Of a stretch of 64,000 bases of DNA, positions 1 through 12,155 are shown piece by piece. Position 1 is the stretch's first letter; each line of letters opens with the position of its first letter. The notes below the pieces were generated by a model. The model did no database searches, was not told where the DNA came from, and was given only the letters and a program-made list of their open reading frames with translations. The translations under genes and the position numbers were made by a program. This DNA comes from Paragordius varius (Eukaryota > Animalia > Nematomorpha), in assembly GCA_964247055.1 (NCBI GenBank), contig OZ176053.1, positions 8,370,001 through 8,434,000 on the forward strand. Direction: 5' to 3'.

Positions 1-53
1 TAAAAATTATCATTATACATTAAATAGATTTTTTTCAGGATTAGGTCATTAAT

Positions 54-709
54 ATATACCATTTGCACTTCAAGAGTGTCCTTGAACAATTCAAGTTGGT
101 CCTTGAACACTTCAAATTGGTCCTTAAAATTTATAAATTTTGATTTAACCATAATTTTTCATTTATTTTTTTATTTTTTTATTTATATTTTTTTTATTTA
201 TTATATATTTATTCATTTAAAAATAAAATATTTATTCAAAAACCACTTTTTTAAGACTAATTTTTTTCCAATTTAACAAAATTTTAAATTTTTAAATGTT
301 TTAAATGGAGGTAAATAATAACCCATAAAACTTATGAATTTTTTAATTACGTGTTTCTTTTAAATATTCAAAATAATCTCAAGAAATTAATAAAGATATA
401 CGGTTTCTCAAAGATTAAAAGTTGATATCGATTTAAAATTTATGTTAAATAATAGAAAATAGGTTAAAAACAATAAAATAGATGAATTATTTACGATTTT
501 ATTGATAAAAGTTAAAAACAAAACAAAAAAGTCAAAGGACCAACTTGAATTGTTCAAGGACCAACTTGAATTGTTCAAGGACCAACTTGAACTGTTCAAA
601 GACCAACTTGAAATGTTCAAGGACCAACTTGAAATGTAAGGACCAACTTGAAATGTTCAAGGACCAACTTGAAGTGTTCAAGGACACTCTTGAAGTGCAA
701 ATGGTATAT
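54..709. repeat. Foldback-like inverted repeat element whose arms are arrays of a 21-bp unit (AAGGACCAACTTGAAATGTTC)
   Basis: 54-125 is the reverse complement of ~640-709 (ATATACCATTTGCACTTCAAGAGTGTCCTTG...). About 3 units on the left, about 8 on the right (535-700), with an AT-rich spacer. No TSD recognised. Confidence 0.75.
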
Positions 710-776
710 TTGAAATATTTTTCCAAGTTATTTATCCATTAATTATAGCTTATAAAAATCAAACCGTCTGTTTTAA

Positions 777-3700
777 TCTATATATTTATAAAAATGGAAA
801 ACTTTGATCTATTTCCGGAAAACCGGTAGACCCATTCAAATCCAAATGTCGAAAAAATATAATCATTAATGAATGCCCCGACAATAGCTTCGCCCTTTTT
901 TGAATTAGGCCTCCAGTTGGGGCCCATCCCGCGTTAGAAACGATTTTTTTGAAAATTGAAGTCCAAAAAAATCGTGTTTGGACAATTACCATTCGATTTC
1001 AAATATGATTTTTTTTATTTTTTTTATTGCGCCGAACATAGTATCTCGCTTTTTTAATTTAGGCCCTTTTACCCGCTCCACCCGTAAATTCCTATTTTTT
1101 TAAAAAATACCGATCAAAAAAATTTTTTTGAATTTATTCGCCCAAGGTATGAGACCGTAAAAATTCAATGAGGATTCCAGGTATTCCCTGTTATAGTCGT
1201 GCGGTTTTTTATATTCGCTGCTGGGTAAGTAGATACCCCATAAAAACTGCCCCGTCATATCGAAATAGCAAGCTTTTGGGGCTAAATTTTAGAAAACCCA
1301 TCAGACTATATGAGTTCAATAGGTGTTTAAATTACCCATAACAAGTTTAGGTCATGCGGTTTCTTAAAATTAGCCGTTAATTAGGCCCTTCCCGCCCTGA
1401 AAAATGCGCCGCTATCGAATGATTTTTTAGTTATGAGGCAATTTTTCCAAAAACTAATGAGAGCATATGGAATCAATCATGATTCCAGTATTCTCCGTAA
1501 AAAGGCAAAAATTTTAAATAAGCGCTTTTTTGCATCAGCCTCTGAGTAGGGAGCTACCCACCTAAAACTGCGCCATCATATCGAAATCGTTGTTGCCATA
1601 TAAGTTTAATAAGGACCTGAAACATTACCCGTAAAAAGGCAAAAATTTAAGTCGAGCGGTTTTTTAAGAATAGCCTTTAATTAGGCCCTTTACGCCCTAA
1701 AAATGCGCTATCATTGAATAATTATTTAGTTCTGAAGCCATTCTTTCAAAAACTAACATGGAATGAATGATGATTCCAGGTATAGAGATTTTTTTTCGAA
1801 CGTATTTTTTATATTGGCTTCTGAGGGGGCTAAGAAAACTTATCAGGCCACATGAGTTCAAAAAGGGCTTGAAATATTACCCGTAAAAAGGCAAAAATTA
1901 AGTAGGTATTAAATTACCCCTTAATTAGGCCCTTTCCTGAAAAATGCGCCACCATAGAATGACTTTTAGGCTTTGAGGCAATTTTTCGAAAATCCCACGA
2001 GAGCATATGGAATCAATCATAATTTCAGGAATTACCCGAATTTAGGCAAAAATTTAATCAAGCGTTTTTTTTGATTCGCCCCTGGTTAGAGGGTCACCTG
2101 GGTAAAACTGCCTCACCATATCGATATATCATGCCTTTAGAGCCAAAAATCTATGAGACTATGTGAGTTCAATAAGGGCCTAAAATATTTATTACCCCTT
2201 AAAAAACAAATATTTTAGTATAGGGGGTTATTTTAATGAGTCGATAAGTAAAGTTTTACGAAAAATGCGCCGCCATAGAACAATTCTTTAGTTTTGAAGC
2301 AATATTTCCAAGTACTTATAGGAACATATGGGCATGATAATTCCAGATATTCCCTATATAAAGGCAAAAATTTTGCCCAACGCTTTTTTTTACCTGCCCC
2401 TGCTACCCACTAAAAACTGCGCACTATATGGATATCGCAATGTTTCGGAGCTAATTTACAAAGTATTTATGAAGCATATGAGCTCATTAAAAGCTTGAAA
2501 TATTACCCGTAACTAGGTAAGATGAGGCGTATTAGCCGCTAATTAGGGACTTTTATGGCCTAAAAATACATCATATAACTATTATTAAGTGTTGAGGTAT
2601 TTTTTTTCGAATAACCCATGAGACGATGGTATCAAAGATGATTCCAAATATTTGCCCTATAAAGGCAAAGAATTTAACTCAGCGCTTTTTCCATATAGAT
2701 CTCTGGGTAGGGGTCTACCAGATTAAAACTGAGACGCCATACAAAAATGGCGTGGTTTTGGAACTAATTCTCAAAAAACTTAATAAGCCATCAATACAGG
2801 CTTTAAATAATACCCATAAAAAGGTAAAAATTATAGTATAGCGGTTTTTTCCGTTACAATTTGGGGCCTTGACACCACTAAACAATAATAGGTTTATGGG
2901 TAGGGTTAGATAATATCAACAAAATATATCAGTATAATTTTGCCATAACCTGCCTGATTTTAATTTTTATTATAAAAATAGCTTACTTAGGGCGAAATTA
3001 TTTATGATATAAACTCCAAATGATGTTATTTGAGGCTAGGAATCATTCTTCTAATGTTATCTAAACACTGTTTGGAATCAGGGTTCGGTCTTAGCAAATT
3101 ATTTAATTATCAGGGCCTAATTAGGAATTGGTAGGATAGGCATACAAACAACAACGTAGGGGTTTCCTACGGCATTATAGACAAAATGCACTCTTTAAAG
3201 CGATCAACTGCATCACAGGTTGTGCATTAATATATATATATATATATACTGTGTGCAAAAAAAAGGGTCATTTTGATATAACGAAAAAAAATTTTTTCAT
3301 GAGATAGCTTATGACCAGCGTATTCATTTGCCGCAAAAATTTTTATTTGTTGACAACCTACTTTTTGAAATATTGAGAGAAAATCGACTTTGGGCAAAAA
3401 GTGAAAATTAAGGATAATTAGGGATAATTCAAAAAATAATGATAAAATCTGAAATAATATCGTCTATTATCATTTTAGGAGATATATTCAATATATAAAT
3501 AAAAATCATATAGTTAGGGTTTCTATAAAATTTCAGGTCAAAAGATGGCGTTTTTCTTTTATCACACTTAAAAGACAAAAAATTTTATGAAACTATTTTT
3601 AAAAATTTTTTTTAATTATTTACTATCTAAACTCACTATTAAAATCTTAACATTCATATTTTATTCAGAACTTCTAAATCAGAATAAAACCAAAAATAAT

Positions 3701-4883
3701 GTTTTTTATTTTTGCATTTTTTTGTCATCTGGTTTATGAGTATATAAAAAATTTATACTGTTTTTTTTTGGATTCTTACATGATTAGGCATTATTAAGTA
3801 TATAATTTATGCAAAATAGGATTTAAAAGTATTGGAATATCAACCAAAAATCCTTATAATTTCCTGTAACAAGTCTGTTTTATGACAAATTAATATTTGT
3901 ATTGGGATTTGTACGGATTGTTGGTTGATATTACATTAATTTTCAATCCTATTTTGGATAAATTATATACTTAATTATTCCCACTCATTTAAGAATCCAA
4001 AATAAAATAGTATAAATTTTTTATACACTCAAAAACCAATGACAAAAAAATGCAAAAATAAAAAACATTATTTTTAGTTTTATTTTGATATAGAAGTTTA
4101 TTTCCCTAAATAAAATATGAATGTTAAGATTTCAATAGTGAGTTTAGGTAGTAATTTATTAAAAAAAATTATTTTAATATAGTTTCATTAAATTTTTTGT
4201 CTTTTTAAGTGTGATAAAAGAAAAACGCCATCTTTTGACCTGAAATTTTATAGAAACCCTAACGATATGATTTTAGGCTATTTATATATTGAAAATATCC
4301 CCTAAAATGATAATAAACGATATTATTACAGATTTTATCATTATTTTTTGAATTATCCCTAATTATCCTTAATTTTCACTTTTTGCCCAAAGTCGATTTT
4401 CTCTCAATATTTCAAAAACTAGATTGTCAACAAATAAAAATTTTGCGGCAAATGAATACGCTGGTCATAAGCTATCTCATGAAAAATTTTTTTCGTTATA
4501 TCAAAATGACCCTTTTTTTGCACACAGTGTATATATATGTATATATAGTTTTGCAAATGTGTGTAGGTCAAACCTCTTTACTTCATAAGGACAAAATTTT
4601 ACATGTCTTTTTTATTATCTATATACCCGATGACAATAATAAAGTTTTTTTGCACGTTTCACCCAACAATTTCTTATGTTTTTTTATACTAAGATCATTG
4701 CTGAATAAATATTTTTTTGTTAACATTGTTTTGATGAGCTTGGGGCCTTTATACCCTTAAACGCGCTCAACAATATGTTTTTGAGGCTATTTTTTGCCAA
4801 AATAATATAATAAATTAATTAGGAGTGCATATCGGGTATAAAAGCAAAAAATTTGCCCCCCCCCTCACCAAAGTCCGAAAGAC
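777..4883 (+). mobile_element. Non-autonomous Helitron (family A), long copy with ~250-320 bp internal tandem subrepeats and a nested MITE; 3' terminus eroded
   Basis: 5' end A|TCTATATATTTATAAAAATG at 777 matches the 5' ends of copies at 11383, 35193 and 57885. Subrepeats begin TTAATTAGGCCC at ~1378, 1678 and 1921. 4855-4883 (CCCCCCCCCTCACCAAAGTCCGAAAGAC) resembles the subterminal 3' sequence of the complete copies. The 3' boundary is uncertain. Confidence 0.65.
3247..4529. mobile_element. Palindromic Tc1/mariner-type MITE (~1.28 kb, arms ~600 bp) inserted in a TA microsatellite
   Basis: Left TACTGTGTGCAAAAAAAGGGTCATTTTGATATAACG is the reverse complement of the right end ...CCCTTTTTTTGCACACAGTG. 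The arms match inward to ~3855/3915. TA flanks both sides. Confidence 0.85.
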
Positions 4884-5496
4884 GCCTGTTTATTAATATA
4901 CATCAAATATTAGCAAATAAACTATTTATATAATTGTTTAACAAAGCACACAAGCAATAAAGATATGATCGAGTTCCGGTTAAGCCTGTACAAAATTTTG
5001 TAAAATATTAGATCATTACTTAATTCAAATTATTTTCGCAATTAATTACAAATTCTTTTATCCGCTTTACTTTAATTTCAGATTATAAATTAAGGCGCTT
5101 GGTTATAATATGAGAAAGTTTAATAAATCTTAATGGCGATGTATAGATCTCAATGATGTCAAGAAAAGGATCCCGTTTTTATACCAAATCATCAAGAAAA
5201 ATATACCATTTTTAGAAAATTTGTATCATTACCAAAGAGTTTTGCTCATAAATTATGACTAAATAATCTCTTCTAAAAGCGCCTAACTATGAAAATAAAT
5301 ATTAATGGCCAAAAATAGTTGTGTGACTTACAAATATCAATATACAAGGTACAAGATGTTACATATAAATGATAGAAATTGTTTTAGAAGGAGTGCAAAT
5401 AGTGTCTAAATTCCTGAATCAAATAAATTTTTTATATTTAGAGTTCATACATAAAATAGGCCATAATCACAATTTAGTACCATTTTTCAGTCAAAT

Positions 5497-5705
5497 TTTT
5501 TTCAAGCACACGAAACATTTTTAAGAAAAGACGACATTTTTTCAACCAAACGCAACATTTTCTCAAGCAAAGTCAATTTTTTCAACCAGCAACATTTTTT
5601 TAACCAATCGCAACTTCCAAAAAACGCAACATTTATTCAAGCAAATACAACATTTTTCAACCAAACGCAACATTGACAACATTTTTTAGGCAAAAGCAAC
5701 TATTT
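5497..5705. repeat. Degenerate ~21-bp minisatellite (TTTTTCAACCAAACGCAACAT), about 10 units
   Basis: Direct reading of repeated CAACCAAACGCAACATTTTT-like units. Confidence 0.75.
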
Positions 5706-6680
5706 TTTTATTTTATGACAACTTATTATTAAGTATTAATCTAATTTTATAGATAATAGTTAAAAATTTGCCCATAACATAATTATATTCTTTATTATAT
5801 TGAATATTCTATTTTTTAATATTTTACATGCATAATAAAAACATAATGACGTTAACTTTTTAAAAGTATTATTAAAAGCCATTTTTTTCTTAGATAATTT
5901 AGCACCATTGTATTTTCATTTTTTTGCATGCGATGACATTTCGACCCCAAAGCTAAATGTAGTAAACTAAATACTGTTTTAAAAGTTGTTTCGGTTAAAA
6001 TTTAATTATCAAACCGTCTTCTTCTGTATAAATAAATCAGAAAGCTGATATCAAAAAAATATTACAAATTATGCTTATAAATCGTAATTAAAATCTTCAA
6101 AGTTAGATAAATATTTTTTAAACCATAAAATACATTTGTCTGCTTGTTGTATTCTGGATTTTAAAAATTAAAGAAAAAAATAGCGGCGAAAAAAATTGTT
6201 CAGGATTTTTTACAAGTTTAAATATTTGTATTGCTTGATAGGCTAAAAAACCATATTTTTTAATTTGGCCCAATGCTAAAAATATTTTTTGAAGTATTCG
6301 AATCTTAATTAGCTCTGGGTAGAATACCCCAAAAAGGTCGAAGAGTGTTAAAAAAATGAAAATTTCTCACAATTAAATTAAATAATTTATTTATCCGTAT
6401 GATAGTAAATCATAACTCGCAAGTATTTGGTGACATAGAATATAAAAAAACCTTGTTATAATTATGGAAAAGAGAAATATAGGGCTATAATGCACTTAAG
6501 TATCTATGTATATATAAATACACTACCAGATTATTTAGGAAAAAACATTATAAAAATTATGTATATGAACTCTAAAAACAATTTAAATATTTCATCATGA
6601 TCAAATCGTCTATTGTGACTGAATGGACAATGCAGATTATCCAATCAATATCATGTTTGTTTTATCGCTAGATTCAAATT

Positions 6681-9600
6681 TTAATTTTTCTTTAACGTTT
6701 CCATGTACTCGTCTTGAGAAGCAATGATTGCCCGTAAAACATCTTCATCCACACTCCAATCATTCAAACCTTTCGCAAATATACCATAAAAATAAGTTTT
6801 TTGAATGAAAAAAACCATATTTACACCTTATATTTGGGTTGGAAAATGGAGAATAGAGTACATTCGATTTTACATTCCACAACGGTATCAAAAATGTTAT
6901 ATAAAAAATAAAGGATAAATTCTCTTTGTAAAAAAATAGTTTTGTACTTTGTTTATATATTTTTCAACTGCTGCTTATTATTTATTCGGTAAAATTGTAA
7001 CACATAAATAATATTATAGTTTTATGATCCTTTACTAATCTGGGTAAATTATAGCTATAATTGTAAAATTATATGAATAAAGTTTTCCGTTAAAATTTTT
7101 CCAAGTAAATCTTACCAAATTTAGACAATTAATTTAAATTAACTCCTAAAAAAATAATTCCTACTTATCTTATAAGGAATAAATTTTTTTGTTGACAATG
7201 TTTTGTAAAAAATTTGTTTTAGAATGACAAACATATGCAATAAAAATTATTTATATAAATGTATTTAAATATGATACCAAATAATTGTGGATCAAACGTC
7301 GTCTTCAATTCATCGTAATTTTTGGCTTTAATAGTATCATCTTGAATAGTTAAATGATTTTGCATTAATTCGGAGGGACATTCATCTAAAAATTTTATTT
7401 AGAGACATTATAATTCTTTTTGGTAAATCTAATTAATAAGTAGTCAACAAATAAAAAAGGTTAATTTCCATCACCTTGATGGGCTAACTTTATTCCTGAA
7501 CACGAATTAATCTCGTGAGATGATAAACTATTACTTTCCTTGGTATTGTTACTTTGTGTTAAAAGCGATTGTGAAATATTTGCAATAGGCTAAAATATAA
7601 AACCAAAACATAACATATTACATAGTTTGTGATAAAAGAATGCCATACAATATTTACAAATTACAAATTTATACCTCATCCTTTTGCATTAAATCAGCTT
7701 TTGTATAGGTAAGTGATGGTGTCACAGGCAAAAAGTTTGAGCAACTCAATTTATTTGTTTGAATGGGTGAAACACAATTGCTTAATTTTTGTACACTATC
7801 ATTGGATATAGGTGTTGTATTAAATGAACTTTTGGTAAAATTTAAATCATTTTTCGGAGAACTTATCAAATAAGTTAATATAGAGGCATCGTAATTGATT
7901 TGAAATGTAGAAAATGGTGGAGGTTCCTTTAAATTTTGTGGTTGAATATATTTTTGCATTTTATGAGTTTCTTGTTCAGAGTCAACACTTTTTTCCTCTT
8001 TATCAGGGTGATTAATGATTGGATAAACTGTTGTGTTATCATCCGTTTTATTTGTAGTATTAAAGTTTTGTATTTGAGTTATATTAGAGTCAGATTCGTA
8101 TTTCTTGTTTTTTGCACTTTCCTTGCCAGGGTAAATAGGGCATGGGCACGACAAACTTTTTTGTAAATTGGAAGCCAAATTTGAATTAGTCCCTATGTTA
8201 TTTTTATTTTCAGTAGCCATCATATTATTATTGCAATTGTTTCCGAAACAACTTGGTTGTTCACTGCTGCCATTATGCTTTTTGTTATTGGATGAAGTCG
8301 AAGACAACGCAATCTTTTCATTATCGCGTAACCATTGAAGATAGGATTCACGAGCGACTTGTTCTTCAATAGCTTGATTCGTTGCCTCCCAATCACTGGC
8401 TTCAAGTTTGTCCTTTAGCATGGCCTCCTCAATTACCATAGTTTCTGAGGCCCGTATACCGTCTCGCAAAAAATTGTGGTCAACACTCTAATTCCGAATA
8501 AATATTTATACTAATGTATGGAGTTGAGTTTGACGGATAATAAAAATAACCATTCATATCCTTTCAAAATGTTTATCAACGAGTAATTAAAAATAAAAAA
8601 ATGTAAAAATTTATAAGCATATAATTTGTTTGCGGTAATGATGATTGAATTGATAAAAGGTAGTAGAGAAATTTTAACCCTATTTATAAATTTATTTTCT
8701 CTTTATTGCTTTTTTATAAAGGGTAAAGAATTGACATCAAAGAATTCATAAAAAACCAGCACGCCCAGGACTAACAGTGATAATAAGAATAAGCTTCAAA
8801 CAGCATAGCGAATAAATGCTACCAATATACCACCTATATGGACACTATTATTAACATTTATCAAATTAAATTTAAGAAACACTAATATTAATAAACAAAT
8901 GATAAAATTGTCATATATTATTTTAAAAAATGATCTACCCCCGAAACAAAAGTGGGTAATCCCAAACCAACTCCAGGTTTAAAGGTAAAGGGATTGACAA
9001 TTGAATTATAATGCGAATTTTTGTGATAACTTAAACGGATGGGTTCATTTGCCGTTTCTCCATAACCATGAAATATATTAATTGGCTCTTTACATAAAAT
9101 AAGATAATTGAACATAATATATGATATAATTTTTAGGCGCCTTTTATAAATTTAGCTTTTTTTGAGAGACAGCGGTAAATTATATCACCATATTTGACTA
9201 TAATCACCCTTAATGTTAATAAACCAAAAATATTTCATTTTATGAGGACAGTTTACAAATAAATTCGTGCGGGCGGCATAGTTTTAGTTTTTACATATAA
9301 TTCTTAATATCAAATGTAAAGAACTTAAAAAAAATTTATTCGAATATCTGATTGATATTAGTAAATACTTATATTAGTAATTAAGATTAAATTTGGACAA
9401 TAATAGCTACAACAAATATTTAATATCATATTCTATCAATCCGTTAATTAACTCGCAAATAGATTAGTCGAAATTTATATTTTACATTTAAAACAATCAA
9501 TTTAAAATTTTTGAAATTGATAAATAAAAACACTTTAAAATAGTATTCGATTTTACAAAATTTATATATGAAAACTTCCAAACTGACAACATAATTACTA

Positions 9601-10425
9601 TATTCGTACCTATATCATATTCAAAGACTTGCATAGGGCGGTTGTACATTTCCGCTAAAGCCTGTATTTCTAAATGATTTCCATGACTATCAGAACGAGC
9701 TTTGCGCTCTAGGTATTGATCAAAGTTTTCCGTTACAAAGTGTGAAAAATAATCAGCGTTTTTACGCATATACTCAATGCATTGCTTACGGACAATACCG
9801 TGCATCTCCTGATCACCGTAAACTTGATCGGCTATTAAAATTAAAAATCAATGATATAAATTGCAAAATGATGTTAAAATACGCATATTATGATAAAAAT
9901 TTACCAACAGCTCTAAACAAGCAGGCCCCATCCTCGGACATCTTTTTTATTTTCCAACCTTTATTTTCTTTAAGGCTCTTTTCAAACACACGTTCAATCT
10001 ATAATTAGTTATAATAAAACTTCTGTAATTTCATCGGGATCAGTTATAAATGACGGTTCATATTCATCACCACTATTATATTCTTGAATGTGTTCAAGCG
10101 CTTTGTGAACAACGTGAGATTTTTTTCCTTTGTGTTTGCGATTATATCTGCTTGGAGACTTTTTAACTTTTCTTTTCGGCATTGTACTTTCCATAGTACC
10201 AGTATCAAAACTAGTACTAGGTCGATCTGCCACATAGTGTGATGTAATAGGCAATGAACCACGATGTCTATTTATATTTCGGTCAAAATTTTGGGAAACA
10301 TAGGTTGGTACAAAGTGTGGATGTACATTGTGAGTAGTTGATATGTTATATGTTAATTCATTCGATCGTATATCGGTTTCTTTGGACTCTTTGTTCAAAA
10401 CCTTTTTAATGGGGAGAATCGTCAT
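6681..10425 (-). CDS. OTUD5: OTU-domain deubiquitinase OTUD5/DUBA orthologue, 8 coding exons, ~664 aa
   Basis: Exons 10425-10021, 9998-9905, 9831-9610, 9087-8939, 8487-7675, 7589-7475, 7385-7278, 6769-6681 (1995 nt, phases consistent, all GT-AG). Motifs: N-terminal [16 protein letters not shown], catalytic [71 protein letters not shown]-terminal [21 protein letters not shown]. Confidence 0.93.
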
Positions 10426-10793
10426 CTTAGCATAACAGCAGTTGGTATTTAAAACATTGGTTCCACTAAATGTATTATCGGTCGATATCAATGTATAAAA
10501 TAAATAGATAAATTGTTACGAAACATGGAGAAAGTGACTTTTTTCATTTTTTGAATTACAATGCATAAAACACCATAACTAGGGTATTTTACCACAGATG
10601 AAATTTTAGAATTTATCTTAAATATCTACATGATATGATAAAAAAAATTCTTCATAAAATTTAAGGCTTTTTTTTTAAATTATAATACTAAAAAACTCAT
10701 ATACGACTTTTATTTATTTGGGATATATGTTAAATAATAAATCAAAAAAATTGTATTATGGTTAAAAAAATAATTTACATATATATTATATTA

Positions 10794-11383
10794 CTAGCGT
10801 AAATCTCGTGCTGCTACGCAGCCCGAGGAAGTCCTTCGGACTTCTGGGGGGGGGGGGGGCTATTTGAAATAAGGGACAATAAAATGATTTACATATGTGG
10901 ATTACGTCAAAACATTATTTAATAGATATGATTTTATAGGAATTTTTAAACGGTGCATTCATACTAATATATTGTTCCCTTAGGGAAAAATAGATTTAAA
11001 AAATTATGTGGACTTTGTTTTTTTAAAAAATGACATCTTACGGGAGGAGCGGGTAAAAAGAGGGACTAAATCAAAAAAGCGAGACGACTATGTTGTTCGG
11101 CGCAATCAAAAAAAAGTAAACAAAAATCATATTTGAAATTAAATGATCCAACACGTTCTCCAGAAAATTGTCTCAAAGACACGATTTTTGTGGACTTCTG
11201 TTTTCAAAAGCCCACCCTGTGTTTTTCACACAGGGTGGGCCCGAACTGGGGGCCTATTTTAAAAAAAGGCGAAGCTATTGTCGGATCATTCATTAATGAT
11301 TATATTTTTTCGATATTTGGATTTTATTGGGTCTACCGGTTTTCCTCACAAAGCCACTATTTTCATTTTTATAAATATAAAGA
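10794..11383 (-). mobile_element. Short complete non-autonomous Helitron (family A)
   Basis: Minus strand begins A|TCTTTATATTTATAAAAATG and ends with hairpin CTCGGGCTGC-GTA-GCAGCACGAG, then ATTTACG-CTAG|T. Inserted at an AT dinucleotide with no TSD. Confidence 0.88.
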
Positions 11384-12155
11384 TAGATGCCAAATACATA
11401 TAAAGCACTGCATTCTGTTGACACAAAAATATTTTATTCTATTAAAATCCCCTCATGATCTTTAGATTTTGGAACTTTCCAGTTATTTACGAATTTTCCC
11501 ATTTTTGTGGTAATTGAACCATAAGATAAAAAGTAGCATTTTTTGTAAATTCTAAAGGCTTAAAACCAAAAAATATAATACAAATTATACAATATAACAC
11601 CTAAAAACAATGTTTAATAAATTAAATCAAGGCCAGTCCTCAGTTAATTTCATAATGAACGCAAATATTACGAGATAGGGCGATAAATTTTTAGCTGAAT
11701 TATGAAATCCAAATAAATTATTTTTTAAAAAAAGCATACTTTGTAGACTAATTGGGAAAATCGTTGTACCAGTATTATATTATTTCAAAGAATGAAACGG
11801 TATAAAACTTTTAAATATATGGTAAAAATAGATTATCTCTAGATTGATTTTGCAGTTAAATTCTGTCGTCACAAAAATATTATTGAGGGCTTCGTTTGTG
11901 TTCAAATTTATATTTTTAATATAAAAAAAGATTCTTTGCTGGATTTACCTTTTAAGCAATAATTTGAGGTGATAGGAATGTGTTACATTATTGAATTATT
12001 TGGGAAAAGTTTTATTATACTTAAAAATACCATATAATGTACATATTTATATTTGGTGGCGGTCAATAAGTTTAAGTTTGTATTTACCTCTTTTATTTGA
12101 ATGCTGTAATTATGTAAGTCCATATGTATTTAATTATGGAAATTTATTAAACCAG

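Noticed and set aside
535-700. CRISPR-like repeat array
   Set aside because: These are contiguous tandem units without unique spacers, in a eukaryotic context.
76-742. Heptad-repeat ORFs (FKDQLEM, SSWSLNN, LEQFKLV)
   Set aside because: They are translations of the 21-bp repeat in several frames on both strands; there is no gene context.
786-2841. ORFs in Helitron family A (also 11133-11465, 34262-35203, 58158-58722)
   Set aside because: Frames are not conserved between copies and there are no Rep/helicase motifs; these are non-autonomous elements.
7669-7674. ORF-track stop at 7669 as the OTUD5 C-terminus
   Set aside because: A donor at 7674 leads through three in-phase exons to the conserved LNDW/UIM tail ending at 6681.
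8918-8938. Intron start translating as VDHFLK, resembling next-exon VDHNFLR
   Set aside because: The nucleotide similarity is weak and a stop follows at once; probably coincidence.
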